Positions 30,987 through 41,115 of a DNA stretch of 64,000 bases are shown here, one piece after another. Origin of the DNA: Alphaproteobacteria bacterium (GTDB lineage Bacteria > Pseudomonadota > Alphaproteobacteria > UBA7985 > JAUIBT01). The notes under the pieces are model-generated. The model worked only from the letters and a program-made list of their open reading frames with translations. It ran no database searches and was not told the origin of the DNA. The translations under genes were made by a program, and so were the position numbers. Within the stretch, counting starts at the first letter, position 1, and each line of letters begins with the position of its first letter. The stretch is from NCBI GenBank assembly GCA_030428565.1, contig JAUIDR010000002.1:72658-136657 (forward strand). Reading direction: 5' to 3'.

Positions 30987-32234
30987 TTAGTGGGCCACGC
31001 CTGCTGCGCCGTGCTCGCCGATCAAATAACCGGAGGAGAAGCGCGACAGAGCAAAGGGCTCGGCCAGCGCATGCGGGCGCTCGTTGGCGATGGTGTCGGC
31101 AAAGACCCAGCCAGAGCCCGGCGTCGCCTTGAAGCCACCCGTACCCCAGCCGCAGTTGATGTAGAGGCCTTCAACCGGCGTCTTGCCGATGATTGGGCTG
31201 GCGTCCGGGCAGGTATCCACGATACCGCCCCAAGCGCGCAGCATCTTCATGCGTCGGAACTGCGGGAACATTTCACATATAGCCGCCAGGGTGCCTTCGG
31301 TGTTGTGCATGGAGCCGCGCTGTCCATAAGAACAGTAGGCATCCGTGCCCGCACCGATCACCAGCTCGCCCTTATCGGACTGCGAGATGTAGGCGTGCAC
31401 CGCGTTTGACATGACCACGCAGTCGATGGCGGGCTTGACGGGCTCAGAGACCAGCGCCTGCAAAGGGCGGCAGTGCAGAGGTAATTTGAAGCCAGCCATG
31501 TTGGCCAGCACCGACGAGTGCCCCGCAACCACCATGCCGACGCGCTTGGCCTTGATCGGGCCCTTGGCGGTCTGAACGCCCTTGATGGCGCCGCCTTCGA
31601 TGTCGAAACCGGTAACAGGGCAATTCTGGATGATGTGAACGCCGCGCTTGGCTGCGCCGCGTGCGTAGCCCCAAGCCACCGCATCGTGACGCGCCGTGCC
31701 GCCGCGTCGCTGGAGGCTGGCCCCCATGACTGGATAGCGACCGCCGCCTCGCAGGTCGATTGCCGGGCAGAACTCTTTAACCTGCTGAGCATCCAAGAAT
31801 TCGGAATCGATGCCGTTCAAACGGTTGGCATTGACCCGGCGCTTGGTCTCGCGCACGTCATGGACGTTGTGGCACAGGTTCATGACCCCGCGCTGCGAGA
31901 ACATGACGTTGTAGTTCAGCTCTTGGCTCAGGTTTTCCCACAGCTTGAGCGCCGTCTCATAGAGCTTGGCCGACTCATCCCAAAGATAGTTGGAGCGAAC
32001 GATGGTGGTGTTACGGCCGGTATTGCCGCCACCGATCCAGGCCTTTTCCAATACCGCGACATTGTTAATGCCGTGCTGGCTAGCCAAATAGTAGGCCGTC
32101 GCCAGGCCATGGCCGCCGCCACCGATGATGATGACATCATACTCGGGCTGTGGGTCGGGGCTGCCCCAAAGCTGGGGCCAGTTTTTATGATGCGAAAGCG
32201 TGTTTCGCAGCAAGCTGAAAGCAGAATATCGCAC
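30987..32234 (-). CDS. soxB: Sarcosine oxidase subunit beta
   Basis: [31 protein letters not shown]-terminal AAGVAH. Confidence 0.96.
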   Translation of the reverse strand: MRYSAFSLLRNTLSHHKNWPQLWGSPDPQPEYDVIIIGGGGHGLATAYYLASQHGINNVAVLEKAWIGGGNTGRNTTIVRSNYLWDESAKLYETALKLWENLSQELNYNVMFSQRGVMNLCHNVHDVRETKRRVNANRLNGIDSEFLDAQQVKEFCPAIDLRGGGRYPVMGASLQRRGGTARHDAVAWGYARGAAKRGVHIIQNCPVTGFDIEGGAIKGVQTAKGPIKAKRVGMVVAGHSSVLANMAGFKLPLHCRPLQALVSEPVKPAIDCVVMSNAVHAYISQSDKGELVIGAGTDAYCSYGQRGSMHNTEGTLAAICEMFPQFRRMKMLRAWGGIVDTCPDASPIIGKTPVEGLYINCGWGTGGFKATPGSGWVFADTIANERPHALAEPFALSRFSSGYLIGEHGAAGVAH

Positions 32235-32609
32235 GGCGGGATCCTGTTCGAACGCGGTTTAAAGGCAAAATTTTCGCCCACAATACTGTCTTCACTGGGC
32301 CGCTGTCGCTCAAAAACCCGGAGCCAGCGACCAAAAGCGACACTTAAGGCCCTCTAACGCCTCTGAAAGCCAACTGCGGCGACCTGTCTTAGGACGCTTT
32401 TTTTCGAGAAGTCCCCTCCGTCGCACGCTCAAACACATCAATCCAAGGCAGGAAATCGCCTTACGCCCGGAAATGCCCTGCTTGTTGCCCAGAAAAGTAT
32501 CGCGGAAATGAAACTTTGGCTTGTCGCAATCAACATAGTCGTGTCACGGTGATTTCTCGATTTCGAGTCGTGCCCAGCAATTTTGGATGGCAATAGGAAC
32601 CCGACACGC

Positions 32610-33578
32610 ATGTTTGAGAAAGCCCGCAAGGATGAGGTCTTTCACATCAGCTTCGTGCTGGTGCCCAACTTCTCCATGATTTCCTTTACCTCCGCGGTCG
32701 AGCCCTTCCGTCTCGCCAATCGCACGACAGGCGACACCCTATATACTTGGACGATTCACTCCGAACATGGCGTGCCCGTCGTCGCCTCAAACGGCTTGTC
32801 GATGCAAGAAACGCTGCGACTGGACCAAGTAGACCCCAAATCCTTGGTCATGTTGGTGGGCGGCTTGGATATCCACCGCAATGTATCTAGCAATGTCCTG
32901 AATTGGCTGCGCAAGGCCGACCGCATGGGGGCCAACTTGGGCGCTTTGTGCACGGGTTCTTATGCGCTGGCCAAAGCGGGACTGCTGGATGGCCACAGCG
33001 CGACCATCCACTGGGAGAATATCGCGGCGCTGTCCGAGGAATTCCCCGAGGTCGAAATCACTTCCGATATCTATGAGATCGACGGCAAACGCGTGACCTG
33101 CGCGGGCGGCACGGCGCCGCTGGATCTGGCCTTGCACATCATCTCTCAACATCACGGCGGTGAGCTGGCGGCTTCGGTCGCGGACCAATTCATGATCGAG
33201 CGCATTCGCGACGAATACGACAATCAAAAGGTCTCCCTGCCGGCGCGCTTGGGCGTCAAGCATCCCAAATTGCTGCAGGTTATCCAGCGCATGGAAGCCA
33301 ATCTGGAAGAACCGCTATCCCGCTCTGATCTGGCCGAAGAAGCCAACCTGTCAACGCGCCAACTCGAACGCCTGTTTCGCAAGTATCTCAACCGTTCGCC
33401 CGCACGCTATTATCTGGAACTGCGCCTGAAGCGCGCGCGTTTGCTGCTGCTGCAAACCAACATGTCGGTGATCGACGTGGCACTGGCTTGCGGATTTGTT
33501 TCGGCCAGCCACTTTTCTAAGTGCTATCGCGATTGTTACCACAAGACCCCCCGCAAAGAGCGGGGCTTGCTCAGCTAG
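32610..33578 (+). CDS. GlxA-family AraC transcriptional regulator (GbdR-like)
   Basis: EP.RLAN, CTG, IHWEN, RQLERLF, CGF.SASHFSKCYR; divergent from soxB. Confidence 0.92.
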   Translation: MFEKARKDEVFHISFVLVPNFSMISFTSAVEPFRLANRTTGDTLYTWTIHSEHGVPVVASNGLSMQETLRLDQVDPKSLVMLVGGLDIHRNVSSNVLNWLRKADRMGANLGALCTGSYALAKAGLLDGHSATIHWENIAALSEEFPEVEITSDIYEIDGKRVTCAGGTAPLDLALHIISQHHGGELAASVADQFMIERIRDEYDNQKVSLPARLGVKHPKLLQVIQRMEANLEEPLSRSDLAEEANLSTRQLERLFRKYLNRSPARYYLELRLKRARLLLLQTNMSVIDVALACGFVSASHFSKCYRDCYHKTPRKERGLLS

Positions 33579-33778
33579 TTTGGCGAGCCGTAGCCTGCCA
33601 GCGGGAAGCTGCCAGAACCCATTCCCATTCGACGCCGCAACGATATCGCCGCGTCCTGCTTTTTAGTCTGGGGCAAAAAATTGGTTCCGCAATCGCGCTG
33701 AAACGCCCGCGCCCCCTTGCTCGACGCCCTGCGCCTGGGTATTCAAGGGCGCAGTTTCCTACGTAAAGGACCAGCCCC

Positions 33779-34564
33779 ATGGAATTCTTGCTCGACCCTG
33801 CCGTTCTCGTGGCGTTTGCCTCTTTGGTGATCCTCGAGATCATTTTGGGCGTCGATAATGTGATTTTCATCATCGTCTTATCGGACAAATTGCCCGAACA
33901 GCAACGCCCCGCGGCGCGGCGGCTGGGCATTGCCATGGCCTTGGTCTCGCGGATTATCCTCTTGTTCTCCATCTCGTGGATCATGAACCTAACGCAGCCC
34001 GCCTTCACGGTGCCGATCATCGAGCACACGCTGACTTGGCGCGATTTGGTACTACTGCTCGGCGGCTTTTTCCTGTTTTATAAGGCGACGACCGAGATTC
34101 ATGATCGCGTTGAAGGCATTGAGCACGACGACGGCAATAAGGGCGCCCAAGTCAGCATGGCGCTGATCATCATTCAAATCATGCTGCTGGACATGGTCTT
34201 TAGCCTCGATTCTGTCATTACCGCCGTCGGCATGGTGGCGGACCCGAACAGCCAGACCGCCTTGCTGTTCTGGCAACAGCTCAGCATCATGATTACCGCC
34301 GTTTTGGCATCGACCCTTGTCATGTTGCTTGCGGCCAACCCCATCGCCGAATTCATCGGCCGCCACCCGACCCTCAAAATGCTGGCTTTTTCCTTCTTGT
34401 TCATGCTGGGCTTGGTACTAATGGCAGAAGGCCTGCACCTGCACGTGCCCAAAGGCTACATCTATGCCGCTATGGCCTTTTCGATTTTTGTGGAAACGCT
34501 CAATATGCTCACGCGCCGCAACCGCGCCAAAAAGCGCATTCAGCCTACGATCACAACGCATTAA
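33779..34564 (+). CDS. TerC-family membrane protein
   Basis: LEIILGVDN, DMVFSLDSVITAVG, PKGYIY.AMAFS. Confidence 0.92.
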   Translation: MEFLLDPAVLVAFASLVILEIILGVDNVIFIIVLSDKLPEQQRPAARRLGIAMALVSRIILLFSISWIMNLTQPAFTVPIIEHTLTWRDLVLLLGGFFLFYKATTEIHDRVEGIEHDDGNKGAQVSMALIIIQIMLLDMVFSLDSVITAVGMVADPNSQTALLFWQQLSIMITAVLASTLVMLLAANPIAEFIGRHPTLKMLAFSFLFMLGLVLMAEGLHLHVPKGYIYAAMAFSIFVETLNMLTRRNRAKKRIQPTITTH

Positions 34565-34670
34565 GCCTGCAAGCGTTTCGCCAAGCATCGCTTGACCTTT
34601 TGGTTGAGCGGTGGCAGGGCGATGTTCCACCGTTTGACGCTCGACTTTTTTCTGAAGGCATCCCTGACCT

Positions 34671-35009
34671 ATGACCTATATCGTCAACGATCTTTGCATC
34701 AAATGTAAGTACCAAGACTGCGTAGAGGTCTGCCCCGTAGATTGCTTCTATGAAGGCGAGAACATGCTGGTCATCCACCCCGATGAGTGCATTGACTGTG
34801 GCGTGTGCGAGCCTGAGTGCCCCGCTGAAGCTATTTTGCCCGATACAGACCCCACCGCCGTAGCATGGGTCGAGTTCAACCGCGAATATTCCGAAAAATG
34901 GCCGAACATCACCCAGATAGGTGACGTGCCCGCCGATGCGGATGAGTGGAAAGGTGTCGAAGGCAAGTTCGCGAAGCACTTCAGTCCCGAGCCGGGTCAA
35001 GGCAACTAG
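34671..35009 (+). CDS. fdxA: 7Fe ferredoxin
   Basis: [32 protein letters not shown]. Confidence 0.95.
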   Translation: MTYIVNDLCIKCKYQDCVEVCPVDCFYEGENMLVIHPDECIDCGVCEPECPAEAILPDTDPTAVAWVEFNREYSEKWPNITQIGDVPADADEWKGVEGKFAKHFSPEPGQGN

Positions 35010-35083
35010 AGCCCGCCGCGAACAAAGGCGGACGCTTGTGGGCACGGACTGGCGCTAGGCAGCAACACTTGAGGTCGCGGGCA

Positions 35084-35190
35084 CTGGCGCTTTGCCAGCG
35101 CCCAAGGCTACCGGCGCTTTGCCAGCGCCCAAGGCTACCGGCGCTATGCCAGCGCCCAAGGCTACCGGCGCTATGCCAGTGCCCAAGGCT
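35084..35190. repeat. 27-bp palindromic tandem repeat, 4 copies
   Basis: ccggcgct(t/a)tgccagcgcccaaggcta; each unit has a GGCGCT/AGCGCC stem. Confidence 0.95.
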
Positions 35191-35588
35191 CTAGTCACGG
35201 ATTTTTGGGCCTGGAATTTGGGGCCTGGAATTTAGACCGGGCAGGCTGGGACCGAAAAACGAGATCAGGATAGCCAGACGGGATATTTGGCACCGCGCCA
35301 CTCGCAAGTCACCGCCACTTTTTTAAGCGCGATGCTCATGAGCGCGACTCTGCGTGCCATGCGGCATGTGCAATGCAGGCATCGAAAATTAAAGACGCGC
35401 TAAGGTTGCAATTGCCTTAAAATGTCGGTAATATAGGGGCTTATGTGTGGGTAAGTCTCGCTTCGCGCAGGCTACCGGGCACCCTAAATCCGTCATAGCT
35501 GCAGTTTCGTGACAGAGCAACCATATTTCTTGCTTGTTTTGGCTTATAATTGCGGAGCACGGACCAAGAGATAAGGAAACTAGCGCGT

Positions 35589-36089
35589 ATGACCGAGAAT
35601 ATCGATGTCGTCGAAGGTGATTTCGTCGTCTATCCCACCCACGGCGTTGGCCGTGTCACCGGCGTAGACAGCCAGACCATCTCCGGTTTCGACATTGAAG
35701 TCATCTCTGTGTACTTCGAAAGCGAGCGCATGACCCTGCGTGTGCCTAAGCACCGCGCCGCAGACTCCGGCCTGCGTAAGCTGTCTTCTCGCAAACTGAT
35801 GGACGACGCCCTCAAGGTGTTGCGCGGTAAGGCCAAGGTCAAGCGGACCATGTGGTCACGCCGGGCCCAGGAATACGAGACCAAGATCAACTCAGGCGAT
35901 CCCATCGCCATCGCCGAGGTCGTTCGCGATCTACACCGCGATGAAGAGCAGCCCGAGCAATCTTTCTCTGAGCGCCAAATTTACCAATCAGCACTGGGTC
36001 GCCTGACCCGCGAGCTGGCGGCTATTGACGGTATCGACGAGCAAGCCGCTGAGAGCAAGTTGGCGACATTCTTGAAGAAAGTCGCTTAA
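35589..36089 (+). CDS. carD: CarD-family transcriptional regulator
   Basis: VVYP.HGVG, WSRRAQEYE.KINSGD, EVVRDL. Confidence 0.95.
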   Translation: MTENIDVVEGDFVVYPTHGVGRVTGVDSQTISGFDIEVISVYFESERMTLRVPKHRAADSGLRKLSSRKLMDDALKVLRGKAKVKRTMWSRRAQEYETKINSGDPIAIAEVVRDLHRDEEQPEQSFSERQIYQSALGRLTRELAAIDGIDEQAAESKLATFLKKVA

Positions 36090-36115
36090 GACAAGGCTGC
36101 GTCAGCCCCTTTTCG

Positions 36116-36150
36116 CAAAGCCCCGGTTCCAAGAGCCGGGGCTTTGTTGT
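36116..36150 (+). terminator. Intrinsic terminator after carD
   Basis: AAAGCCCCGG..CCGGGGCTTT followed by GTTGT. Confidence 0.8.
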
Positions 36151-36420
36151 GAGGCCAGCAGCGCGCCACCCTACTGGAGCCCTCGCGCGAGGATCCCCGC
36201 AGTTCAGAGGCCCTCCGCAGACCCAGCGGCGCGCCGCGAACGGCCACCGTGCCTTGTCAGCCAACCCGTGATACGCGCTCGTTTGGCCCGCCCGCCCAAA
36301 GCGCGAGGCGACAAGATCAGCCCCTTCCAGAGGGCCGATTTGCATTTAGGGTTGAGTTTCAGCCCGCAAACGCCCAATAGATAGGCCTAATCTCAAACCA
36401 AGCGGAATCCGCCAGCACCT

Positions 36421-37230
36421 ATGGCCGCGCCACAGCCATCTCCCCGCTTTGCCACGCTCGAATCCCATGGTGCCATCTGGGCCGTGGCGTCGATCAATGG
36501 TGATGCCCAGCGCCTGCGCCAGATCCACGCGCAGATCGATGCCCAGTTCGAGCGTAACGATTCCATCGTCTATCTGGGCAACTTCTATGGCCCCTACCCG
36601 CGCGTGCTGGAGACCATTCAAGAGCTGCTGAAATTCCGCCGCCACATGCTGAACCAGCCGCGCTTTTCACCCGACCAAATCGTCTACCTACGCGGCCAAC
36701 GCGAAGAAATGGTCGAGCAGTTGCTGCGTCTGCAGTTTGCCGCCTCGCCGCGCGATTCCCTATCTTTCATGATCGAGCATGGCATTGAGTCCGTGCTGGA
36801 TGCCTACGGCTCATCGGTCGAAGAAGCGCTTGAACGCATGCGTTTATCGTTGGTTGAGCTGACCCACTACACCTTGCGCCTGCGCTCGAACATGCGCATG
36901 AACCCCGGCCACTACGAGTTCATGTCGCTGCTAAAACGCGCCGCCTACACCGCGGATCGTAAACTTTTGTTTTTGCATGCGGGCATTGATCCGTCTTTGC
37001 GTTTGGAACAACAAGGCGATACCTTCTGGTGGGGACACCGTGATTTCATCGCGATGGACAAGCAATTCGAAGGCTTCAGACGCATCTTTGCGGGCTTTTC
37101 ACCCTACAAGGATGGCTTCCAGCAGTACCAGCAAGTGACCGTGTTAGACGGCGGTTCGGGCTATGGCGGCCCGCTGTTGGCAGCCAAAATCGACCCGAAC
37201 GGCCACGTCCTGGATTTGTTAGAAGCCTAG
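36421..37230 (+). CDS. Metallophosphoesterase-fold protein with degenerate active site
   Basis: Motif spacing of Ser/Thr phosphatases (SING, LGN, LRGQRE, HAG, DGG) with the catalytic residues replaced. Confidence 0.75.
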   Translation: MAAPQPSPRFATLESHGAIWAVASINGDAQRLRQIHAQIDAQFERNDSIVYLGNFYGPYPRVLETIQELLKFRRHMLNQPRFSPDQIVYLRGQREEMVEQLLRLQFAASPRDSLSFMIEHGIESVLDAYGSSVEEALERMRLSLVELTHYTLRLRSNMRMNPGHYEFMSLLKRAAYTADRKLLFLHAGIDPSLRLEQQGDTFWWGHRDFIAMDKQFEGFRRIFAGFSPYKDGFQQYQQVTVLDGGSGYGGPLLAAKIDPNGHVLDLLEA

Positions 37231-37295
37231 CGCCGCTGTGATTTGATGCGCTTGGCCCGCCTGGTATCGTGAAGCGTGATAGGCGCGTCCGTAAA

Positions 37296-37350
37296 TGAGC
37301 AGGCCATATTTGAGCAAGCCATATTTGAGCAAGCCATATTTGAGCAGGCC
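37296..37350. repeat. 15-bp tandem repeat, about 3.7 copies
   Basis: tgagca(g/a)gccatatt. Confidence 0.9.
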
Positions 37351-37459
37351 CGAATTTGAGAAGACGCGAATTCTAGAAGACCCGGCACGCACACGACCGG
37401 ATACCAGCAAGGCCAACGGCTGCATAAAGCCACGATAATGGGCAAGAAAGGGGGAGACG

Positions 37460-39247
37460 ATGACGAGGATAATCGCCAGCCACACGCGATCTGATCCCGT
37501 TTGCGCTCTAGAGTGCAACAGCGCCCAGCGACCATCTTACCAGAACCAGCCCTTGTCTGTCGCAGCGTCTATCGCGGCGCCTATCGCAGCACGCTTTTGG
37601 ACTGCCGCAGTTGGTCTTGCGCTGTTCGTCGGTGCATCCTGGCCTGCCTTCGCCCAAGACCCCGCTACCTATCTGCCTTCTCGCCTCACCACGCTTACTT
37701 TCGCTGGCACAGCTGCTGTTGCGGGCCCAGCCGCCGAGGCTACCAGCGCCCCTAGCGCCCGAAGCGACGCCAGCAACACCAGCGAGGTAGCTGCCCGCTC
37801 ATTGGCTTCGCCCCAGGGCCTAAGTGACCTCGGCTTATCGCCTTTGCGCAATGACCTTGCCGGGCACCCGGTCGCCGGCGGAGAGCCTGCCTTCAGCCTG
37901 GAACGCCTGCCTAAGGCGGTACGCCGCGCCGATGCTTTGCAGGCGCTCATTGAGGCCCAAGACAACCCGCCGCCCCCGCCTTCGGTACAAGAGCAACTGG
38001 CCAGTCTGTCGCCGGCGCCAACGCCCAGTTTGACGCCACCGGCGATCAGCAAGGCTGCCCAGCCCGGCCCCTTGGTTCTCACGATGATTGGTGACGTTGG
38101 GCTGGCTGAAAACCGCCGACTGAAGACCGCCAAGTCCGCCGCCTATTGGGCGCGCTATACCGAAGACCTAGCGCCTCTGATCAACGGCGATTTTAACTTC
38201 TTGAACCTAGAAACGGTCGTCACCGACCGCCCTCTAAGGGCGCGCAGCAAGGCTTTTGCCTTTCAGACACACGACACCGCCCTGGCTCACTTGGCACAGG
38301 ATCTGGGTTTCAATCTTTTCTCGCTGGCCAACAATCACTCCGGTGATTTTCGTCGTGCCGGACAGGTGGCGACGCTGGCAGCCCTGCATCAGCACGCGCC
38401 AGATGCCATCTATCACGGCCTTGGCACCGAAGATGAGCTGCTCAATGTGCGCGAATTTGAGCACAATGGCATCACCATCGCTTACGCCGCCATTGGCATC
38501 TCCAGCCGTGCGCCGCGTCCGACGGGCGACCAGCCCGGGCAGTTTTTCATCCGCCGTTCGCAAGATTGGGATGCCGTCATTGCCGCCTTCAAGCGGTCCA
38601 GCGCCGAGCTAAAAATCCTATCGGTGCATGAAGGGCGTGAGAAGGTCTCTGAAGTCGAGAGCAGCCTCAAGCGCAAGCTTAGAAAAGCGCGCGATGAAGC
38701 CGGTGTTGATCTAATTGTGGGCCACCATCCGCATGTGGTCCGCGCCCTTGAGCGTGACGAGCAGGGGCGGCTAATCGCCTATTCGCTTGGCAATGGCCTG
38801 CTGTTTGGGGCCGCCAATATCGACAACCGGCCCATGGGGCGCGATTTTGGCCTGTTTTTGCGCCTGCACTATTGGTTTGACGGTAAAGAAATCGCTCTGG
38901 AAGCCGTCGAGGGGGTGGCGCTACGCGGGATGCACAATAAGGTGCGACCGCGCTCCGCGCGCCGATCCGCGCGCCGCTTTGGATTTCTTAACAAGCTTTC
39001 GCGCCGAACAGCGGGAAAATCGGCGCTTGAATTTGCGATCACCAGCGACGGCCAGGGCCTATGGTGCGCCGCGAGCCAGCAAAGCCCTCGCGCCCAGGAA
39101 TTGTGCCAAGCCTCCCGCTCGGCCGCTGCTGACGTGCCCATGCCCGCACCTGTAACCAAGTCCAGGTCTCAATCCCAGACCCGCCGCTCCTCCAAAAGCC
39201 AATCAAAAAAACGATCAGGAACGGTCTTTAAGCGGACCGCCAATTAG
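37460..39247 (+). CDS. CapA/PgsA-family protein with long low-complexity N-terminus
   Basis: GDV, NLET, LANNH..D, H.G, GHHPHV, YSLGN; start uncertain. Confidence 0.85.
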   Translation: MTRIIASHTRSDPVCALECNSAQRPSYQNQPLSVAASIAAPIAARFWTAAVGLALFVGASWPAFAQDPATYLPSRLTTLTFAGTAAVAGPAAEATSAPSARSDASNTSEVAARSLASPQGLSDLGLSPLRNDLAGHPVAGGEPAFSLERLPKAVRRADALQALIEAQDNPPPPPSVQEQLASLSPAPTPSLTPPAISKAAQPGPLVLTMIGDVGLAENRRLKTAKSAAYWARYTEDLAPLINGDFNFLNLETVVTDRPLRARSKAFAFQTHDTALAHLAQDLGFNLFSLANNHSGDFRRAGQVATLAALHQHAPDAIYHGLGTEDELLNVREFEHNGITIAYAAIGISSRAPRPTGDQPGQFFIRRSQDWDAVIAAFKRSSAELKILSVHEGREKVSEVESSLKRKLRKARDEAGVDLIVGHHPHVVRALERDEQGRLIAYSLGNGLLFGAANIDNRPMGRDFGLFLRLHYWFDGKEIALEAVEGVALRGMHNKVRPRSARRSARRFGFLNKLSRRTAGKSALEFAITSDGQGLWCAASQQSPRAQELCQASRSAAADVPMPAPVTKSRSQSQTRRSSKSQSKKRSGTVFKRTAN

Positions 39248-39308
39248 GCGAGCCAAAAACAGAGCGCAAACCGCCTTGCCTCGCGAATGCGCCGAAGGGG
39301 GCCAGGCG

Positions 39309-40223
39309 CTAGTTGCTGGGCAAATTGAAGCTGAGACTGCCCCACCAAGAGTGCCAAACCTCATCGCCGATTGGTGCGCTGGGCTCGCGCAGTGTGACTG
39401 TGTTCAACATGAACTGGCCGCCGCCACTGACATCAAAGCGCGCTTGGCCATCGGCGTCGGTTATGGCAATGGTCTGACGGGCCTCTTGGTCGGGCGCCAG
39501 CCGGTGGAACAAGCGCACCTGATTGCCTGGCAAGGGCTGCCCCTTATCTAATACTTGCAGGCGGATGCTGTGCTTTTCGCGGTCGTGGTCCAGCAAGACC
39601 ACCTCCAACGGCATGCCCAATGCTTGATCCTTCAAAGCTCCCGGGCCGACCTGGAACAAGGCCTTAGCCGAACGCGCATAGGTCTCAACAAAGCCAATGT
39701 CCGGCAGACCGCGCGCGGCGTGTCGCTCCAAAATGCCGGGCAGACCTTCGTATTCGATAAAGCCGACAAAGCGCTCCCGCTCGCGCCAGGTCAGTTTGGA
39801 GCGCGTCGTCACCAGGCCGACAACGTGAGTCCCGGCTTGTTCGGCGGGGGTATCGACCGCCGGACGCTGACCCAACTCACCGCCGAGTCTGCGCTGGCTG
39901 CCGTCGGGCGCGGCCAGCACCAAGCTCTGGATGTTGCGCGGGATATAAGAATTGCGCGATCCCTTAAAGTCCGTGCCGACCTTGAACTCCGCTTGCATGG
40001 CATCGCCCGGCGCCAAAACCGCTGGTCCCTGGGGCTCGACCCAATATTCGTGCGCCTGAGCAGCCGTGACGGCTCCCAGCAGCACGCTGCTTAGCACCGC
40101 AAGCGACAAGGCCGCAGCCCAGCGCTTATTAACCACGCGCTTATTAACCACGCGCCTTAAAGGCACGCTCCTGTGATCGCCAGGCCCTTGCATGGTCTGG
40201 ATTGAGCGAAACATATGTGTCAT
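39309..40223 (-). CDS. DUF4198-like periplasmic protein
   Basis: Signal ending AQA then HEYWVEP, E.Y.R.AK.L, TDADG, W.SL.F; start uncertain. Confidence 0.75.
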   Translation of the reverse strand: MTHMFRSIQTMQGPGDHRSVPLRRVVNKRVVNKRWAAALSLAVLSSVLLGAVTAAQAHEYWVEPQGPAVLAPGDAMQAEFKVGTDFKGSRNSYIPRNIQSLVLAAPDGSQRRLGGELGQRPAVDTPAEQAGTHVVGLVTTRSKLTWRERERFVGFIEYEGLPGILERHAARGLPDIGFVETYARSAKALFQVGPGALKDQALGMPLEVVLLDHDREKHSIRLQVLDKGQPLPGNQVRLFHRLAPDQEARQTIAITDADGQARFDVSGGGQFMLNTVTLREPSAPIGDEVWHSWWGSLSFNLPSN

Positions 40224-40347
40224 GAACGGGCCTTTAAGAATTTTGTGCAGGAATAGCATGTCCAACAATCTGGCAGCCTGGCGGCGCCGGGCCAAGCCCT
40301 TGGCGACTTTTTGCGCGCTCACACTTGTGTGTGGCCGATCTTCCCTG

Positions 40348-40932
40348 ATGACGCGCTGGCGGGTTGGTGTGCTGTCCAGCTTGCTGGCGGGTCTGATGCT
40401 GCTCGTTAGCCCTACCGTTCGTGCCCACGAGGTTCAGCCCGCCATCATCGACCTGAGCTTTGAAAAGGGCCTATCTTTTACCCTGCGCATGGAATTGAAC
40501 CTGGAATCGGTCATGGCGCAATTGGGCGAAGGCCACAGCGATACCTCCCAAGCAGCAAATGCGGACGAGTATAACCGCTTGCGCGCCCTGCCGCCCGAAG
40601 ACCTGCGCCAAGCTTTTGACGCGTTCAGCCCGACCCTGTTCGACGGCATGGTGGTCGAGATGGACGGCAGGCCGGTTCAAGTCTTCGTCAAGCGCTTGGT
40701 CATCCCCGAGGTCGGCGATCTGGCCTTGCCGCGCGAATCCTTGCTGGAAATATCCGGCCCCCTGACCCGTGGGGATAAGAACCTGACCTGGCGTTGGTCG
40801 CGCGACTTTGGCGCGGCGATCTTACGGGAGCGCAAGGAGGATGGCCGCCTAGGCTATTCCGACTATCTAAGCGGCGGTGCGGGCAGCGATGAAATCGCGG
40901 TGCCGCAAAAGAGCTGGTGGGAGCTGTTCTAA
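40348..40932 (+). CDS. Secreted protein resembling the soluble N-terminal domain of HupE/UreJ-type proteins
   Basis: Signal ending VRA then HEVQPA..DL, LNLE, Y..LRAL.P..L; no membrane domain follows. Confidence 0.6.
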   Translation: MTRWRVGVLSSLLAGLMLLVSPTVRAHEVQPAIIDLSFEKGLSFTLRMELNLESVMAQLGEGHSDTSQAANADEYNRLRALPPEDLRQAFDAFSPTLFDGMVVEMDGRPVQVFVKRLVIPEVGDLALPRESLLEISGPLTRGDKNLTWRWSRDFGAAILRERKEDGRLGYSDYLSGGAGSDEIAVPQKSWWELF

Positions 40933-41115
40933 AGTAGCCCAAGGCGGCAGGCTCGACAGCGCCCAACCACCAGCGCTTGGCCCTGGCAGCGACAAGAAGA
41001 ATCCTCCCCGCAAGCGCGCGCTCACAGACAAAATCGCCATTTCCGAGGCCGTATTCAGCTCCCAAATCTCTAATGTTCGTGCCAGCTTCCTGCCAGCACA
41101 AAGGGAGATTTGGCC

